DNA of 64,000 nucleotides from an uncultured Thermococci archaeon. Lineage in GTDB: Archaea; Methanobacteriota_B; Thermococci; Methanofastidiosales; Methanofastidiosaceae. Positions 29,046 through 39,518 of the stretch are shown in pieces; position 1 is the stretch's first letter; each line of letters opens with the position of its first letter. The notes beneath the pieces were generated by a model. It searched no databases and was not told the DNA's origin. It saw nothing but the letters and a program-made list of their open reading frames with translations. The position numbers were made by a program, and so were the translations under genes. The stretch lies in the NCBI GenBank assembly GCA_964521515.1, contig CAZFRW010000001.1, positions 7,639-71,638 on the forward strand. The letters are read 5' to 3'.

Positions 29046-29498
29046 TTAATCAGTCAAGAGCAATTTTTTTACCCTGACCCCAGCGTCTCTTATCATGCTC
29101 ATTTTTATTTCATTGTCAAGGTCATAATCTCTTCCATAAACTATTTCTTTTACGCCTGCATTTATGAGGATTTTTGTGCAGGACATGCAGGGAAAATGCG
29201 TCGAATAAACAGTTGAATTTTCAGTCGACACTCCATGTATTGCAGCTTGAATTATCGTATTCTGTTCTGCATGAACTCCTCTACATAGATGAGATTTTTC
29301 GAGAGAACCAAGTGTTTGCCTAAGGCATGTTTCTTCCGAGCAGTGTGGGAGACTTCGTGGGGCACCATTATAACCAGTAGATATGATATAGCCTTCCTTA
29401 ACTAATACTGCACCTACTTGCTGTTTTATACATGTTGATCTTTTCTTAACTAATTCTGCAATACTCATAAAATATGTATCTATGTCCATCCTTGTCAT
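29046..29498 (-). CDS. dCMP deaminase
   Basis: RSTC..QVGAV, TGYNG, HAEQN, PCMSC. Confidence 0.92.
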   Translation of the reverse strand: MTRMDIDTYFMSIAELVKKRSTCIKQQVGAVLVKEGYIISTGYNGAPRSLPHCSEETCLRQTLGSLEKSHLCRGVHAEQNTIIQAAIHGVSTENSTVYSTHFPCMSCTKILINAGVKEIVYGRDYDLDNEIKMSMIRDAGVRVKKLLLTD

Positions 29499-29511
29499 AA
29501 AAATCACTCTA

Positions 29512-30231
29512 TTATTTAAAAAATTCTTTAACAATTATTCTTCTTTGATCAATATTTTTTCCCTCAAATAGTTTGTAACAACCACAAGAAGATTTGCCTT
29601 CTGTGCATATACCTTCACTGATGCACTTTGGGCCTGATGTCTCAAACAACGCAGGCGAAACTTCAAGGACTTGATATAGCATTTCCCAGGCCATATCCCT
29701 AATCTCCCACTGTGCTCTGTTGCAACACCTGAGATTAAAGAAATGTAGAAGCTCTCTGGCATTCATTGTCATGACGAGATTTGTCTTTATAGCATTTGGG
29801 AGTACAAATCTAGCATCTTCAGGAGTTATCCCTAGTTCGATTAGTTTCTTATAAATTTCGGCACTATTATTAATACTTTCATTGAATATCTCATCTGCAT
29901 TTTTATTCTTTTTAATCGAAGGGGGAGTGACAAATGGAGCATCCTCCATCTTTACATATCTCTGGCTCTGCTGAGTAAAGGATGCTATTCTATGCCTTAC
30001 TAGTTGATGAGAGCATGCCCTAGATATCCCCTCTATAGAAAAAGTAAAATTTGCATGTTCTATAACTGAATAGTGGCCATATCCAACAACCCTTTGAATT
30101 CTCTTTTTTGCATTATCTGAGTCTATTTCATTCAACATATCAGAAGGGACTCCTTCTTTCATCGACGTAAGAGCTGCAACAGCACACACTTTTTCAGGGT
30201 TTCTGGTATGCTCTAAAAGAACAACTTTCAT
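29512..30231 (-). CDS. thyX: FAD-dependent thymidylate synthase
   Basis: GHYSVIEH, RHRIASFTQQSQRY, EDARFVLP, RAQWEIR. Confidence 0.96.
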   Translation of the reverse strand: MKVVLLEHTRNPEKVCAVAALTSMKEGVPSDMLNEIDSDNAKKRIQRVVGYGHYSVIEHANFTFSIEGISRACSHQLVRHRIASFTQQSQRYVKMEDAPFVTPPSIKKNKNADEIFNESINNSAEIYKKLIELGITPEDARFVLPNAIKTNLVMTMNARELLHFFNLRCCNRAQWEIRDMAWEMLYQVLEVSPALFETSGPKCISEGICTEGKSSCGCYKLFEGKNIDQRRIIVKEFFK

Positions 30232-30319
30232 TATACCAAATTAGCCCAAATATTATATAAGATTAATCATTTATAATTGGATATAAATAATACAAATTGT
30301 TTGATAGTACAATGGTAAT

Positions 30320-30477
30320 TATTGATTATCAATACTTTCCTAGTATTTAAATAATAACATCAATAATTTGAAAGGTATTAAGGCCTTTTTGTTTATATTT
30401 TGTAATGATTTTGGAACATTGTTATATATTATCGATATCGAAAAGCTTATAAACTGGTAACTGTATATTGATTATCA
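30320..30477. promoter_or_regulatory. Duplicated palindromic motif TATTGATTATCA(ATA) in a divergent promoter region
   Basis: Perfect 7-1-7 palindrome at 30320-30334; 12-bp copy at 30466-30477, downstream of GAAAAG-CTTATAAA (BRE/TATA-like). Confidence 0.4.
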
Positions 30478-30502
30478 GCTACTAAAGGATAGGTGAAGCA
30501 TT

Positions 30503-30766
30503 ATGAAAATAGTTGAAAGAGGAATTGAAAGGCATATAGATAGGCCCTACACAGTTAGGATACTTGTCGAAAACCTAAATCTTGGCACAATCAGTCCAGG
30601 AACAATTCCAGGGTCTGTAAACGTAAAAACTTACGACTCAGAGCTTGGGACATACCTGGAGCTTTCCGGTGACACAAGGGACGTTATAGAGTGCGAGACA
30701 AGAATAGTAGAGATGGACAATACTATTAAGGTAAAAGACGTAAGAAAAGTATTTTCAGAGATTTAA
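30503..30766 (+). CDS. Hypothetical small protein
   Basis: AGGTGA SD, own TATA-like box, T-rich tail after stop; no family recognised. Confidence 0.7.
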   Translation: MKIVERGIERHIDRPYTVRILVENLNLGTISPGTIPGSVNVKTYDSELGTYLELSGDTRDVIECETRIVEMDNTIKVKDVRKVFSEI

Positions 30767-30800
30767 TTTTTTATTTTAATTAATAAATCTTGGGAGAAAA

Positions 30801-32435
30801 ATGTTAGGAAGATACTCAAGGATTGCCATCTTATCAATATTCATATTGGTAATCATGATGCCATCTACTTGGGGTGCTACTAACAAGAATTTTCTCCTTA
30901 ACATTTCTAGCCCAAATGGGGCTCCAATTCCCGATGCAGAAATTAGGATGTCATTACAATCAGATACAAATTACCAAAGATCAGCAACTTCAAATTCAAG
31001 GGGGGAAGTGCTTTTTGAAAATATAGCGGAAGGAAGCTATACAATCACTATATCAAAAAGTGGATTTGCCACCATTATAGAAAATGTAGATATTACTTCA
31101 ATTGACTCAAAGACATTTTATCTAAGACACACTGGATTTAAAATAATTTCAGGAAATGTCTACAAAGATTCAAACAGTAACAATATATTTGAAACTGGCG
31201 AGCTCGGTATATCTAACGTAACTGTGAAAGTGACAAACATAACTACAAACGAAACATTTTCAATCAACACTGATGAAAATGGACAATTTAGAATTGAAGT
31301 TCCTGATGCACAAAACTATACTATTAAAGTTTCTTATTTAACATCAGAATATGAGTTACCTAACTCTGTAACTCCAATAGATACTGTTGATTATTCAATT
31401 AATATCCCTTTAACCATAAAAGGAGAGATTTATGGGAAATTAACAACAGACGATGGCAAACCATTATTTGGTATACAGGTTCTTCTCAAAGGGACAACCG
31501 TATCTTATACCCCAACAGATCTTGGTGGTTTCTTTAAATTTTCAGTCAAACCAGGAACTTATTTCTTAGAAGTCGAATTTATGGATTACGAGAAGTATAC
31601 CTCTGAAACTTTTGATCTGGGAGAAGAAGATCAAAAAGAATTTACAATTGTTCTCTCAAAACAAAAAGGTACTTTTACTTATGAAATAAAGACTGAGGAC
31701 GGAAAAGCTTTATCTGAAGTTGAAGCAGAAATAATAAAGACTGGAAGCGGAGTATTAGTTGAAAAGATTACTAAGGCAAATGGTGCAATACAACTCGTAC
31801 CTGGAGTCTATACACTAAAGGCAGATGCAAAAGGGTATAATCCTTCTGAAGTGGATTTTGAGATTACTAAAAATGGAATATCAAAGGCCCTCAAACTAAA
31901 ACAAGCTAATGGTTCACTAAAAGTTTCATTAAAAGATTCAAAAGGCGGCCCTATAAGCGGAGTTTCTATCTTGGTCGACGGAGTCCAAAAAGGAAACTCA
32001 GACAATTCTGGTACAATAGTAATATCTGAACTTCCGCCAAAAGATTATCAAGTTGTTGCCTCTTCAACATTGTACGGAAAGGTAACTCAGATCGTAAAAG
32101 TTGAAGGCGAAACAGAAAAAGAAATTAATTTAGTATTAGAATCAAATATTTTAATTCAAGCATTGCCTATAATAATAATTGCCATATTTTTCATTATAAT
32201 TGCTTTATTAAAGAAGAATATGAAACACATTGGCCTTCCAAAAATATCATCTGAAAAGCCGCCTGAAACCTTGTCAGTGCAAGAAGCCCCAACTCAGGTA
32301 TATCCCCAAGAAGCTGAGTCAAGGGAGCAATTTACCGAACCGAAACCGATGCCAATCAAAAAATCAAAGCTTAAGACAAAAAAACCACTAAAAGGACTTC
32401 CTAAAAAACCTTCAAAGGATAAAATAAATCCATAA
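30801..32435 (+). CDS. Surface protein with tandem carboxypeptidase-regulatory/PEGA-like beta-sandwich repeats
   Basis: Signal peptide; repeated T(D/N)xxGxF...GxYxI motifs; C-terminal TM then Pro/Lys-rich tail. Confidence 0.8.
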   Translation: MLGRYSRIAILSIFILVIMMPSTWGATNKNFLLNISSPNGAPIPDAEIRMSLQSDTNYQRSATSNSRGEVLFENIAEGSYTITISKSGFATIIENVDITSIDSKTFYLRHTGFKIISGNVYKDSNSNNIFETGELGISNVTVKVTNITTNETFSINTDENGQFRIEVPDAQNYTIKVSYLTSEYELPNSVTPIDTVDYSINIPLTIKGEIYGKLTTDDGKPLFGIQVLLKGTTVSYTPTDLGGFFKFSVKPGTYFLEVEFMDYEKYTSETFDLGEEDQKEFTIVLSKQKGTFTYEIKTEDGKALSEVEAEIIKTGSGVLVEKITKANGAIQLVPGVYTLKADAKGYNPSEVDFEITKNGISKALKLKQANGSLKVSLKDSKGGPISGVSILVDGVQKGNSDNSGTIVISELPPKDYQVVASSTLYGKVTQIVKVEGETEKEINLVLESNILIQALPIIIIAIFFIIIALLKKNMKHIGLPKISSEKPPETLSVQEAPTQVYPQEAESREQFTEPKPMPIKKSKLKTKKPLKGLPKKPSKDKINP

Positions 32436-32469
32436 GCTTTTTTAGTTTATACTTCTAATCTTATTCTAT

Positions 32470-33864
32470 ATGAAGAAAAAAGTTGTTATTATTGGTGCAG
32501 GACCCGCAGGTCTTTTTTCTGCTTACAAACTTTCTGAAACTGATAAATTTGATATCATTGTCCTAGATAAGGGAAGGGATGTTGATAGTAGGAAGTGTCC
32601 ACTCGAACTTACAGGCGAGTGTGATAATTGTAACCCTTGCAATGTGTTATACGGGGCTGGTGGTTCAGGTTGTCTTTCAGACGGAATACTAAATCTAAGG
32701 CCTGATATAGGGGGGGATCTAGAAGAACTTACTGGAAAAGCAGACAAAGCCATAAAATTAGTGGAAGAAGTAGATTCAATTTTTTTGAAACATGGGGCGC
32801 CAGAAAAACTTTTCATTGGCGAAACAGAAATGATCGAAGATTTACAAAGAAAAGCCGAGGCCTCAGGGATTAAGTTTATACAGATACCTCAAAGACACAT
32901 AGGAAGCGACTACACGCCCGTAGTAATAAACTCTATGAAAAAATATCTTGAGAAAAAAAGGGTAAAATTTGTCTTATTGGCAGATGTCATAAAAATAGAA
33001 AATAAAAAATATGGATATGATACTACATATATTCAAAAAAAGGCTTCTCATAAAATAGAGTCTGATTATGTCATTGCGGCACCTGGTAGAGCCGGTTCTA
33101 GTTTTTTAATGTCACAAATTAAGGAACTGGGCATCAAGACGGAGAATCAACCTATTGATATTGGAGTAAGAGTCGAAGTACCAAAAGTTGTAATGAAACC
33201 AGTAATTGAGGTTAATAGAGATCCAAAGTTTCATATCTATTCCAAGACTTATGATGATTTTGTAAGGACCTTTTGTACAAATCATGAAGGATATGTCATG
33301 AAGGAGCAGTATGATGGATATGTTGGCGTAAATGGCCACTCCATGAGGGATATTAAATCTCCAAACAGTAACTTTGCTTTTCTTTCAAAGGTTACACTCA
33401 CATCGCCTGTAGAGGATACAACTTCATATGGGATATCTATTGCAAAAATTGCCACACTTCTTGGCGGGGGTAAACCTCTTATCCAGAGATTTGGGGACTT
33501 AAGGAGGGGAAGAAGGTCAACACCTGAAAGAATTAGAAGAAGCAATATAAAACCAACACTTCTCTCGGCTACCCCAGGAGATATAGCCATGGCATTACCC
33601 TATAGGATAGTTACAAATTTAATCGAATCACTTGAAAGGCTTGATAATGTACTCCCCGGCGTGGGAAGCGATTCAACACTTCTATATGCTCCAGAGATTA
33701 AATTCTACGGAATAAGGGTAAAAGTAGACGTATCAATGGAAACTAATTTATCAAATCTTTTCGTCGCGGGTGATGGAGTTGGGCTTTCTAGAGATATAGT
33801 AAATTCTGCAGCCACAGGTATTCTTGCAGCAGAGGGGATATTGAAGAAGGAGAGTGTATCTTGA
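32470..33864 (+). CDS. Uncharacterised FAD-dependent dehydrogenase (COG2509-like)
   Basis: GAGPAG, CDNCNPC, SDGILN, RHIGSD, IGVRVE, VRTFC, YAPEIKFY, GDGVG. Confidence 0.85.
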   Translation: MKKKVVIIGAGPAGLFSAYKLSETDKFDIIVLDKGRDVDSRKCPLELTGECDNCNPCNVLYGAGGSGCLSDGILNLRPDIGGDLEELTGKADKAIKLVEEVDSIFLKHGAPEKLFIGETEMIEDLQRKAEASGIKFIQIPQRHIGSDYTPVVINSMKKYLEKKRVKFVLLADVIKIENKKYGYDTTYIQKKASHKIESDYVIAAPGRAGSSFLMSQIKELGIKTENQPIDIGVRVEVPKVVMKPVIEVNRDPKFHIYSKTYDDFVRTFCTNHEGYVMKEQYDGYVGVNGHSMRDIKSPNSNFAFLSKVTLTSPVEDTTSYGISIAKIATLLGGGKPLIQRFGDLRRGRRSTPERIRRSNIKPTLLSATPGDIAMALPYRIVTNLIESLERLDNVLPGVGSDSTLLYAPEIKFYGIRVKVDVSMETNLSNLFVAGDGVGLSRDIVNSAATGILAAEGILKKESVS

Positions 33865-34661
33865 AAGAAATCCAATACGTATTTATGGATATTGACGGTG
33901 TCCTTTACAAGGGTCGTTACCCCATTAACGGGGCAAGAGAATTCATTGATTATTTAATTGAAGAAGAAATAAAATTTATTTGTGTAACTAACAATTCTGC
34001 CAAAACTCCGAAAGACTATTCAAAAAGATTGAAAAGTATGAAAATAAATATTGGAGAAAATGAAATAATAAATTCAGGGATTGCGACAGTAGAATTTCTA
34101 AAAGATACGTTTCTCAAAGAAAAGGATAATCTAAGTGCATATATAGTTGGTGGTGAAGGTTTAGTATCTCTAATAGAAGATTCTGGTATAAGAATTGATG
34201 ATAAAGATCCAGATCTAGTGATAGTGGGATGGGATACCAATTTCACTTATGAAAAAATGAAGAAGGCATCGCTTGCTATTCAAAAAGGTGCAATATATAT
34301 AGGTACTAATCCCGATATAACGTATCCCTCGGATGAAGGTATACTCCCAGGGTGTGGTGCAATTTTGGCTTCAATAACAACTGCAAGTGGTGTTGAACCC
34401 ATAATAATTGGAAAACCTAGATCTTTAATAATGGAAATTGCAGCCAAAAAGATTTCAGCAAAAAAGGAAAAAAGCTTGATGATTGGGGATAGAATTGACA
34501 CAGATATTTTGGCAGGAAGAAACTTTGGTGTTCAAACGGCACTTGTATTGAGTGGGGTTGTGGATAAATTAGAAGTATCAAAATCCCATATAAAGCCCGA
34601 TTATGTCTTTGAAGATATGATGGATTTATATATTAATTTAAAAAAATCTAGAAAGGTGTAA
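33861..34661 (+). CDS. HAD-IIA family hydrolase (NagD-like)
   Basis: DIDGVL, TNNS, TNPD, GKP, MIGDRIDTDI. Confidence 0.92.
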   Translation: MKEIQYVFMDIDGVLYKGRYPINGAREFIDYLIEEEIKFICVTNNSAKTPKDYSKRLKSMKINIGENEIINSGIATVEFLKDTFLKEKDNLSAYIVGGEGLVSLIEDSGIRIDDKDPDLVIVGWDTNFTYEKMKKASLAIQKGAIYIGTNPDITYPSDEGILPGCGAILASITTASGVEPIIIGKPRSLIMEIAAKKISAKKEKSLMIGDRIDTDILAGRNFGVQTALVLSGVVDKLEVSKSHIKPDYVFEDMMDLYINLKKSRKV

Positions 34662-34663
34662 AA

Positions 34664-35155
34664 ATGAAAGGCAATAAAATATTAGTTTTGTGTTTGATTC
34701 TGATTTTTTTATTACCGCTTTGTCTTAACACGTCTCTTGATAATTGGAATACAGGTATAAAAGTTGCAAATCTGCGTTTAGCAAAAGGAATAGAATATTA
34801 TAACATCTCTTCAAACGCCTATTCAATTCAGGACATGGACAATGTTACCATTTATGCCGATAAAGCAATATTGGAATTTTCAACAGCCATAATAGCTCTT
34901 GAAAATGCAATGGGCGAAGCCCAGAAATCAAATAAGGCTTGGTTAGCCACATATACGAATTATTACCTAAAAAAAGTCCAAGCACTAAAAAATGCAGCAG
35001 TTGAGATAAAAATCTTGAAAGAGTATTATATAAATGGGCAGGAAGACGGAATCATCCAATCAATGAATAATATAAAACAGTATGAAGATGAATTTAAGAT
35101 GTATGACCTCAAGATGGAGGACATAAAAAGAGATCACATAACAGAGTTCCAGTAA
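34664..35155 (+). CDS. Hypothetical secreted/lipoprotein, helical
   Basis: Hydrophobic N-terminus ending LPLC; amphipathic helices. Confidence 0.6.
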   Translation: MKGNKILVLCLILIFLLPLCLNTSLDNWNTGIKVANLRLAKGIEYYNISSNAYSIQDMDNVTIYADKAILEFSTAIIALENAMGEAQKSNKAWLATYTNYYLKKVQALKNAAVEIKILKEYYINGQEDGIIQSMNNIKQYEDEFKMYDLKMEDIKRDHITEFQ

Positions 35156-35704
35156 CTATTCTCTTTTCTTTTCAATTAATTCTCCCGGATAAGTAAAATA
35201 TGGCCCTCCAAGATGATTAATGAACTTTACCTTTTCAATATTGATGCAATCATTGTAGAACTCCTTTTCTATTTCACAATGGACTACCTCTCCAATAAAG
35301 AGATAGTGGTCACCACACAAAAATGAGTCAATGACTCTACACTCAAGAAAAGCAAAGCACTCTTTGATTGAAGGAGAAGAGATCTTTTTACCTTTAACTT
35401 CTTTAAGATTATATTTCTTATATTTATCAACATTCCTACCACTCTCAGAACCACAAAGTATAGCCTTGTCTAAAAGGTCAATTGAGGGAATGTTGACTGT
35501 AAATTCTTTAGAATTACCAATCAAAATATGGGACAGTTTCTTTGTTGAAAGGGATATTGAAATAAGTGGGGGTGAATGAGAAACAGGGCTTGTCCAAGCT
35601 GCAGTAACGATATTAGACTTCCCTTGGTACTTCGACGTGATTAAAACAAGAGGCCCAGGATTTAGTAACCGGAGGCCTTTTAGATTTTCTATTTTGATTT
35701 TCAT
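35156..35704 (-). CDS. Flavin reductase family protein
   Basis: P.VLITS, EFTVNIP, CGSESGR..DK, LECRV, GDHYLFIGEV, HLGG. Confidence 0.9.
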   Translation of the reverse strand: MKIKIENLKGLRLLNPGPLVLITSKYQGKSNIVTAAWTSPVSHSPPLISISLSTKKLSHILIGNSKEFTVNIPSIDLLDKAILCGSESGRNVDKYKKYNLKEVKGKKISSPSIKECFAFLECRVIDSFLCGDHYLFIGEVVHCEIEKEFYNDCINIEKVKFINHLGGPYFTYPGELIEKKRE

Positions 35705-36186
35705 TCTATCCTGTATCCTATTTTTTCTAAAAGATCTCTTCGTTCTTTCTTTTCATATTTGTCTTCAATCTTCTCAGCAAAATTTCCATCAACAACTCCC
35801 ATAACAGAATTTCCTAGATTTGTTTTTGCTACAATTACTTGGAAGGGATTTTCGCTGGCTCCATATACAGCGCAAACAGACGGATGGGTTTTTATATTAT
35901 TTAAGACATTAATAGGAAAAGCACCTCGCATCATTATTACAAATATATGTCCAGCACCTATCTTCAAAGCGGCATTGGCAGCAAGATCTTTTAGGTGCTC
36001 ATCGTTTCCTGCAACTCTTGTAAGTTTAGGCTTGGCTTCGTTCATTGCAATACCAATCTTAATGCCTGCAACACAGGTCAGAAGAGTTCTTGCAAGATCA
36101 TCTACAGTGTATATAGAAAAGTTTCCTTGCCCAACTATAAACTCAACACCATCGTCTTTCTTTATGTCAATAACATTCATTTCCAT
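35701..36186 (-). CDS. Adenosine-specific kinase family (DUF355)
   Basis: IVGQGNF, FPINVLN, ASENPFQVIV, GVVDG, ERRDLL..IGY. Confidence 0.85.
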   Translation of the reverse strand: MEMNVIDIKKDDGVEFIVGQGNFSIYTVDDLARTLLTCVAGIKIGIAMNEAKPKLTRVAGNDEHLKDLAANAALKIGAGHIFVIMMRGAFPINVLNNIKTHPSVCAVYGASENPFQVIVAKTNLGNSVMGVVDGNFAEKIEDKYEKKERRDLLEKIGYRIE

Positions 36187-36221
36187 AATACCCACCTTTT
36201 CAAGTTTTTAGATATTAATTT

Positions 36222-36875
36222 CTAATCTATACATCTATTGAGTGCCTCGAAAGCAAGCACCATATCCTTCTCATCAACGACAAATATGGTGTCCATAAAA
36301 CAGCTCATAGTTTCAATAACGTTTATCCCAACAGAGGAAAGATTTGAGGATAAATAGGAAACCACCCCCGGAGTATCTCCAATGTCTTCTGGGCTCTTAA
36401 CAGATATTTCAACTAGGTTCTTTGATACTCTCAATACATTTTCTTTACCTATAAGTGCGGTGACTTCCTCAAGGTAATCTTCAAGCAATATTAGGGTTAT
36501 GCCCTGGGAGCCTTGGATAATATTTATCAGATAGCCTTCAGAAAGTGTCTTCTTTAGAATAGGCTCAAGTTTCAAGAAAACATGCCATCCTGGTTTTAAT
36601 GTTACAGTAGCAACCTTTGTCTTTATGTTGATTCTGCTCTTCTTTAGAATCAGCTTTATTTTCTTCTCAAGAAAATGTTTTTCTTTCTGTAATTCTTCAG
36701 CATATCTCCTAGATGCTATAAGCACAGCAACCATGTTATCTATTTTGTATTCGTCCATTATCATTCTTGAAAGAGCAGAATAATTGATTATCCCATATTT
36801 AAGACAGTCCATTATAGATGGGTGTGCGCCTATATATTCCCTGACTATTCCAGCTATGCTTTTTTTGTCTGACAC
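36222..36875 (-). CDS. ACT-domain regulatory protein (archaeal)
   Basis: DCLKYGIINYSALSR; TPGVVSYL...GINVIETMSCFMDTIFVV; probable GTG start at 36875. Confidence 0.82.
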   Translation of the reverse strand: MSDKKSIAGIVREYIGAHPSIMDCLKYGIINYSALSRMIMDEYKIDNMVAVLIASRRYAEELQKEKHFLEKKIKLILKKSRINIKTKVATVTLKPGWHVFLKLEPILKKTLSEGYLINIIQGSQGITLILLEDYLEEVTALIGKENVLRVSKNLVEISVKSPEDIGDTPGVVSYLSSNLSSVGINVIETMSCFMDTIFVVDEKDMVLAFEALNRCID

Positions 36876-36984
36876 AGGTAGTATTTGTATGATACTATAT
36901 TTAAATGTTCTGAATGCATTAAAGATTGACAAATTATGCCAAAATACTTAAATCATGTTTATTATACCTATTTTAGATGTTTTT

Positions 36985-37332
36985 ATGTCAATAAAAAATC
37001 CAAAGACGCTTAGAGAAAAGACAAGATACGTTAGCTTTAAAATAGAAGGGGGGAAAGACTTTAAAAGAGAAGACCTAGTTAAAGCTATCTGGAATTCAGC
37101 CATTGATTTTTTAGGAGAGTTTGGCGCTTCTGAAATAGGTCTTTGGGTTAAGGAGTATAATGAGAGTAATAAATATGGCATAATAGAAAGTAATATAAAA
37201 TCATTACACAAAGCTATATTTATACTATCACTTACTAAATCTGTAGGTAAAGAAAAAGTTAATATACTGCCTCTTTGTGTATCAGGGACTATAAAGGGGT
37301 TAGAAAAAAATATTAAGTCTAATGTTAATTAG
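36985..37332 (+). CDS. rnp2: Ribonuclease P protein component 2 (Pop5)
   Basis: TLREKTRYVSF, FLGEFGAS, VSGTIK; directly upstream of psmA. Confidence 0.9.
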   Translation: MSIKNPKTLREKTRYVSFKIEGGKDFKREDLVKAIWNSAIDFLGEFGASEIGLWVKEYNESNKYGIIESNIKSLHKAIFILSLTKSVGKEKVNILPLCVSGTIKGLEKNIKSNVN

Positions 37333-37349
37333 TTTATGGAGGTATATAA

Positions 37350-38108
37350 ATGGCATTTGTTCCACCCGCATCTGGATATGACCGGGCAATCACCGTTTTT
37401 AGTCCAGATGGAAGTTTGTATCAGGTTCAATACGCTGGCGAGGCAGTAAGAAGGGGTGCCACCGCTATAGGTATTAAATGTAACGATGGCGTTGTTCTAT
37501 GTGTTGACAAGAGAATCCCTTCAAGGCTCGTTGAACCGGAATCATTTGAGAAGATATTTCAAATAGATGATCATCTAGCAGCAGCGACCTCAGGAATCAT
37601 AGCAGATGCAAGGATACTTGTCGATAGGGCAAGAATTGAAGCACAGATTCATACATTAAGCTATGATGAAAAGATGTCTGTTATGATGCTTGCAAAGAAG
37701 ATTGGAGACTTAAAGCAGATGCACACACAATATGGCGGATTAAGGCCATTTGGTGCTTCTTTAATTCTTGCAGGTATTAATTCAGAAGGACCTCAAATAT
37801 TTGTTACTGAGCCTTCAGGAGCTTACCTTGAGTGGAAAGCAACAGCCATAGGCGCTGGAAGATCCGTCGCAATGGAGATATTCGAAAAAGAATATTCGCC
37901 TGAAATATCAATTGAACACGCAATAATACTTGCTTTAAGGGCCCTTAAAAAATCAATAGAGGGAGACCTAAGCAAGAGTAATGTTGAAATGGCTGTAATA
38001 AGTATGGAAGATAAGAGATTTAAGAAAATGGATGAAGAAACATTGAATCTCTATATCGAGAAAGTTAAAGCGATTAAGGAAGAAGAGAAAAAGGAGGATA
38101 AGGAGTAG
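37350..38108 (+). CDS. psmA: Proteasome alpha subunit
   Basis: [26 protein letters not shown]. Confidence 0.97.
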   Translation: MAFVPPASGYDRAITVFSPDGSLYQVQYAGEAVRRGATAIGIKCNDGVVLCVDKRIPSRLVEPESFEKIFQIDDHLAAATSGIIADARILVDRARIEAQIHTLSYDEKMSVMMLAKKIGDLKQMHTQYGGLRPFGASLILAGINSEGPQIFVTEPSGAYLEWKATAIGAGRSVAMEIFEKEYSPEISIEHAIILALRALKKSIEGDLSKSNVEMAVISMEDKRFKKMDEETLNLYIEKVKAIKEEEKKEDKE

Positions 38109-38113
38109 ATTGT

Positions 38114-38806
38114 TTGATATCTCTAGATGATGCAGTTACTGCAAAATTAAAGTACCAAGGGGAACATTTTGAGATTTTAGTCGATCCCAAAAAGGCCCAA
38201 GAATTTAAGGGTGGAAATGAAGCAGATGATTTTCTAGCCACGAATTTTATTTTTAAAGACGCCAACAAGGGAGATAAAGCATCTCCAGAGTCTCTTAAAA
38301 AAGCATTTGGTACGGATAACGTTAATGAGATTTCAAAGATTATTCTTAAGAAAGGAGAAATACACCTTACCACTGAGCAGAGAAGGACACTCATGGAAAA
38401 TAAAAGAGCCCAGATTATTTCTTATATATCAAGACATGCAATAAATCCTCAGACAGGCCACCCACATCCACCACAAAGAATAGAAAATGCCTTAGAAGAG
38501 GCGAGAGTTACTATAGACATGTACAAAAGAACTGAAGATCAAATTAAACAGATAATTCATGTATTAGCCCCAATAATACCCATTAAGATTGAAAACAGGA
38601 GAATTGTCGTTAAAGTGCCTGCAGAGCATGCACCTAAAACAATGGGATTTGCAAAAAATCTTGGTACTATTATTAAAGAGGAATGGGGAAGAGATGGCTC
38701 TTGGATGTTTGTAATTGAAATACCAGCTGGATTACAAGATGACCTTTTCAATAAGTTGAACAGCGCCACAAAAGGAAACGTTGAAACAAAGATAATGGAT
38801 AAATGA
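38114..38806 (+). CDS. Ribosome assembly factor SBDS
   Basis: FEILVDP, GEIHLTTEQRR, NPQT.HPHPPQRIE, EIPAG. Confidence 0.95.
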   Translation: MISLDDAVTAKLKYQGEHFEILVDPKKAQEFKGGNEADDFLATNFIFKDANKGDKASPESLKKAFGTDNVNEISKIILKKGEIHLTTEQRRTLMENKRAQIISYISRHAINPQTGHPHPPQRIENALEEARVTIDMYKRTEDQIKQIIHVLAPIIPIKIENRRIVVKVPAEHAPKTMGFAKNLGTIIKEEWGRDGSWMFVIEIPAGLQDDLFNKLNSATKGNVETKIMDK

Positions 38807-38822
38807 TACGGAGAAGATAACA

Positions 38823-39503
38823 TTGGAATTTTTAGTTAAGGATAGATCGATTGTCACGCCAGGTATGGCTATTGCAAAAGGGCCTTTCAGATATGAATAT
38901 GGAGTTGATAAATTCGAGGATACTATTATATCCTCTGTTTTAGGAATTGTCTATATCGAAAATGAGAGTGTTAAGGTAGTTCCATTAGAAGGTAAATATA
39001 TGCCTAAGAGGGGCGATGATGTAATTGGAACAGTTGTAAGTATAAATCCTTTAAGTTGGGATTTAGATATAAATGCCCCTTACTTAGCCAATCTTCATGT
39101 TCAGGATGCTTTGAGATATGTCAAGGACACTTCAAACCTTGAAAGAATCTTCAAAGTAGGCGATGTAATTTATGCAAATATTAGAGATGTCGGGGAATCT
39201 TCAGATATTGTTTTACAGTCAAAGGAAAGACCTTATGGTAAAATGAAATGGGGAAGAGTTGTAAATATTCATGCCACAAGAGTGCCCCGAGTAATTGGTA
39301 AAAAAGGATCTATGATTAAGTTATTGAAACAAATGACCAAATGCGAGATTATGGTTGGTCAGAACGGAAACATATGGATTAAGGGCGAGAGACAAATGGA
39401 AGATATTGTCGAGAGAGCCATTTTAAAAATTGATAAAGAAGCTCATATACCAGGGCTAACAGATAGAATAAAAAAAATACTTGAAACTGAATTATCAAGA
39501 TAA
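38823..39503 (+). CDS. rrp4: Exosome RNA-binding subunit Rrp4
   Basis: YMPKRGDDVIG (S1), RVIGKKGSMI and VGQNG.IW (KH). Confidence 0.95.
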   Translation: MEFLVKDRSIVTPGMAIAKGPFRYEYGVDKFEDTIISSVLGIVYIENESVKVVPLEGKYMPKRGDDVIGTVVSINPLSWDLDINAPYLANLHVQDALRYVKDTSNLERIFKVGDVIYANIRDVGESSDIVLQSKERPYGKMKWGRVVNIHATRVPRVIGKKGSMIKLLKQMTKCEIMVGQNGNIWIKGERQMEDIVERAILKIDKEAHIPGLTDRIKKILETELSR

Positions 39504-39518
39504 TATTAGGTGTTATAT

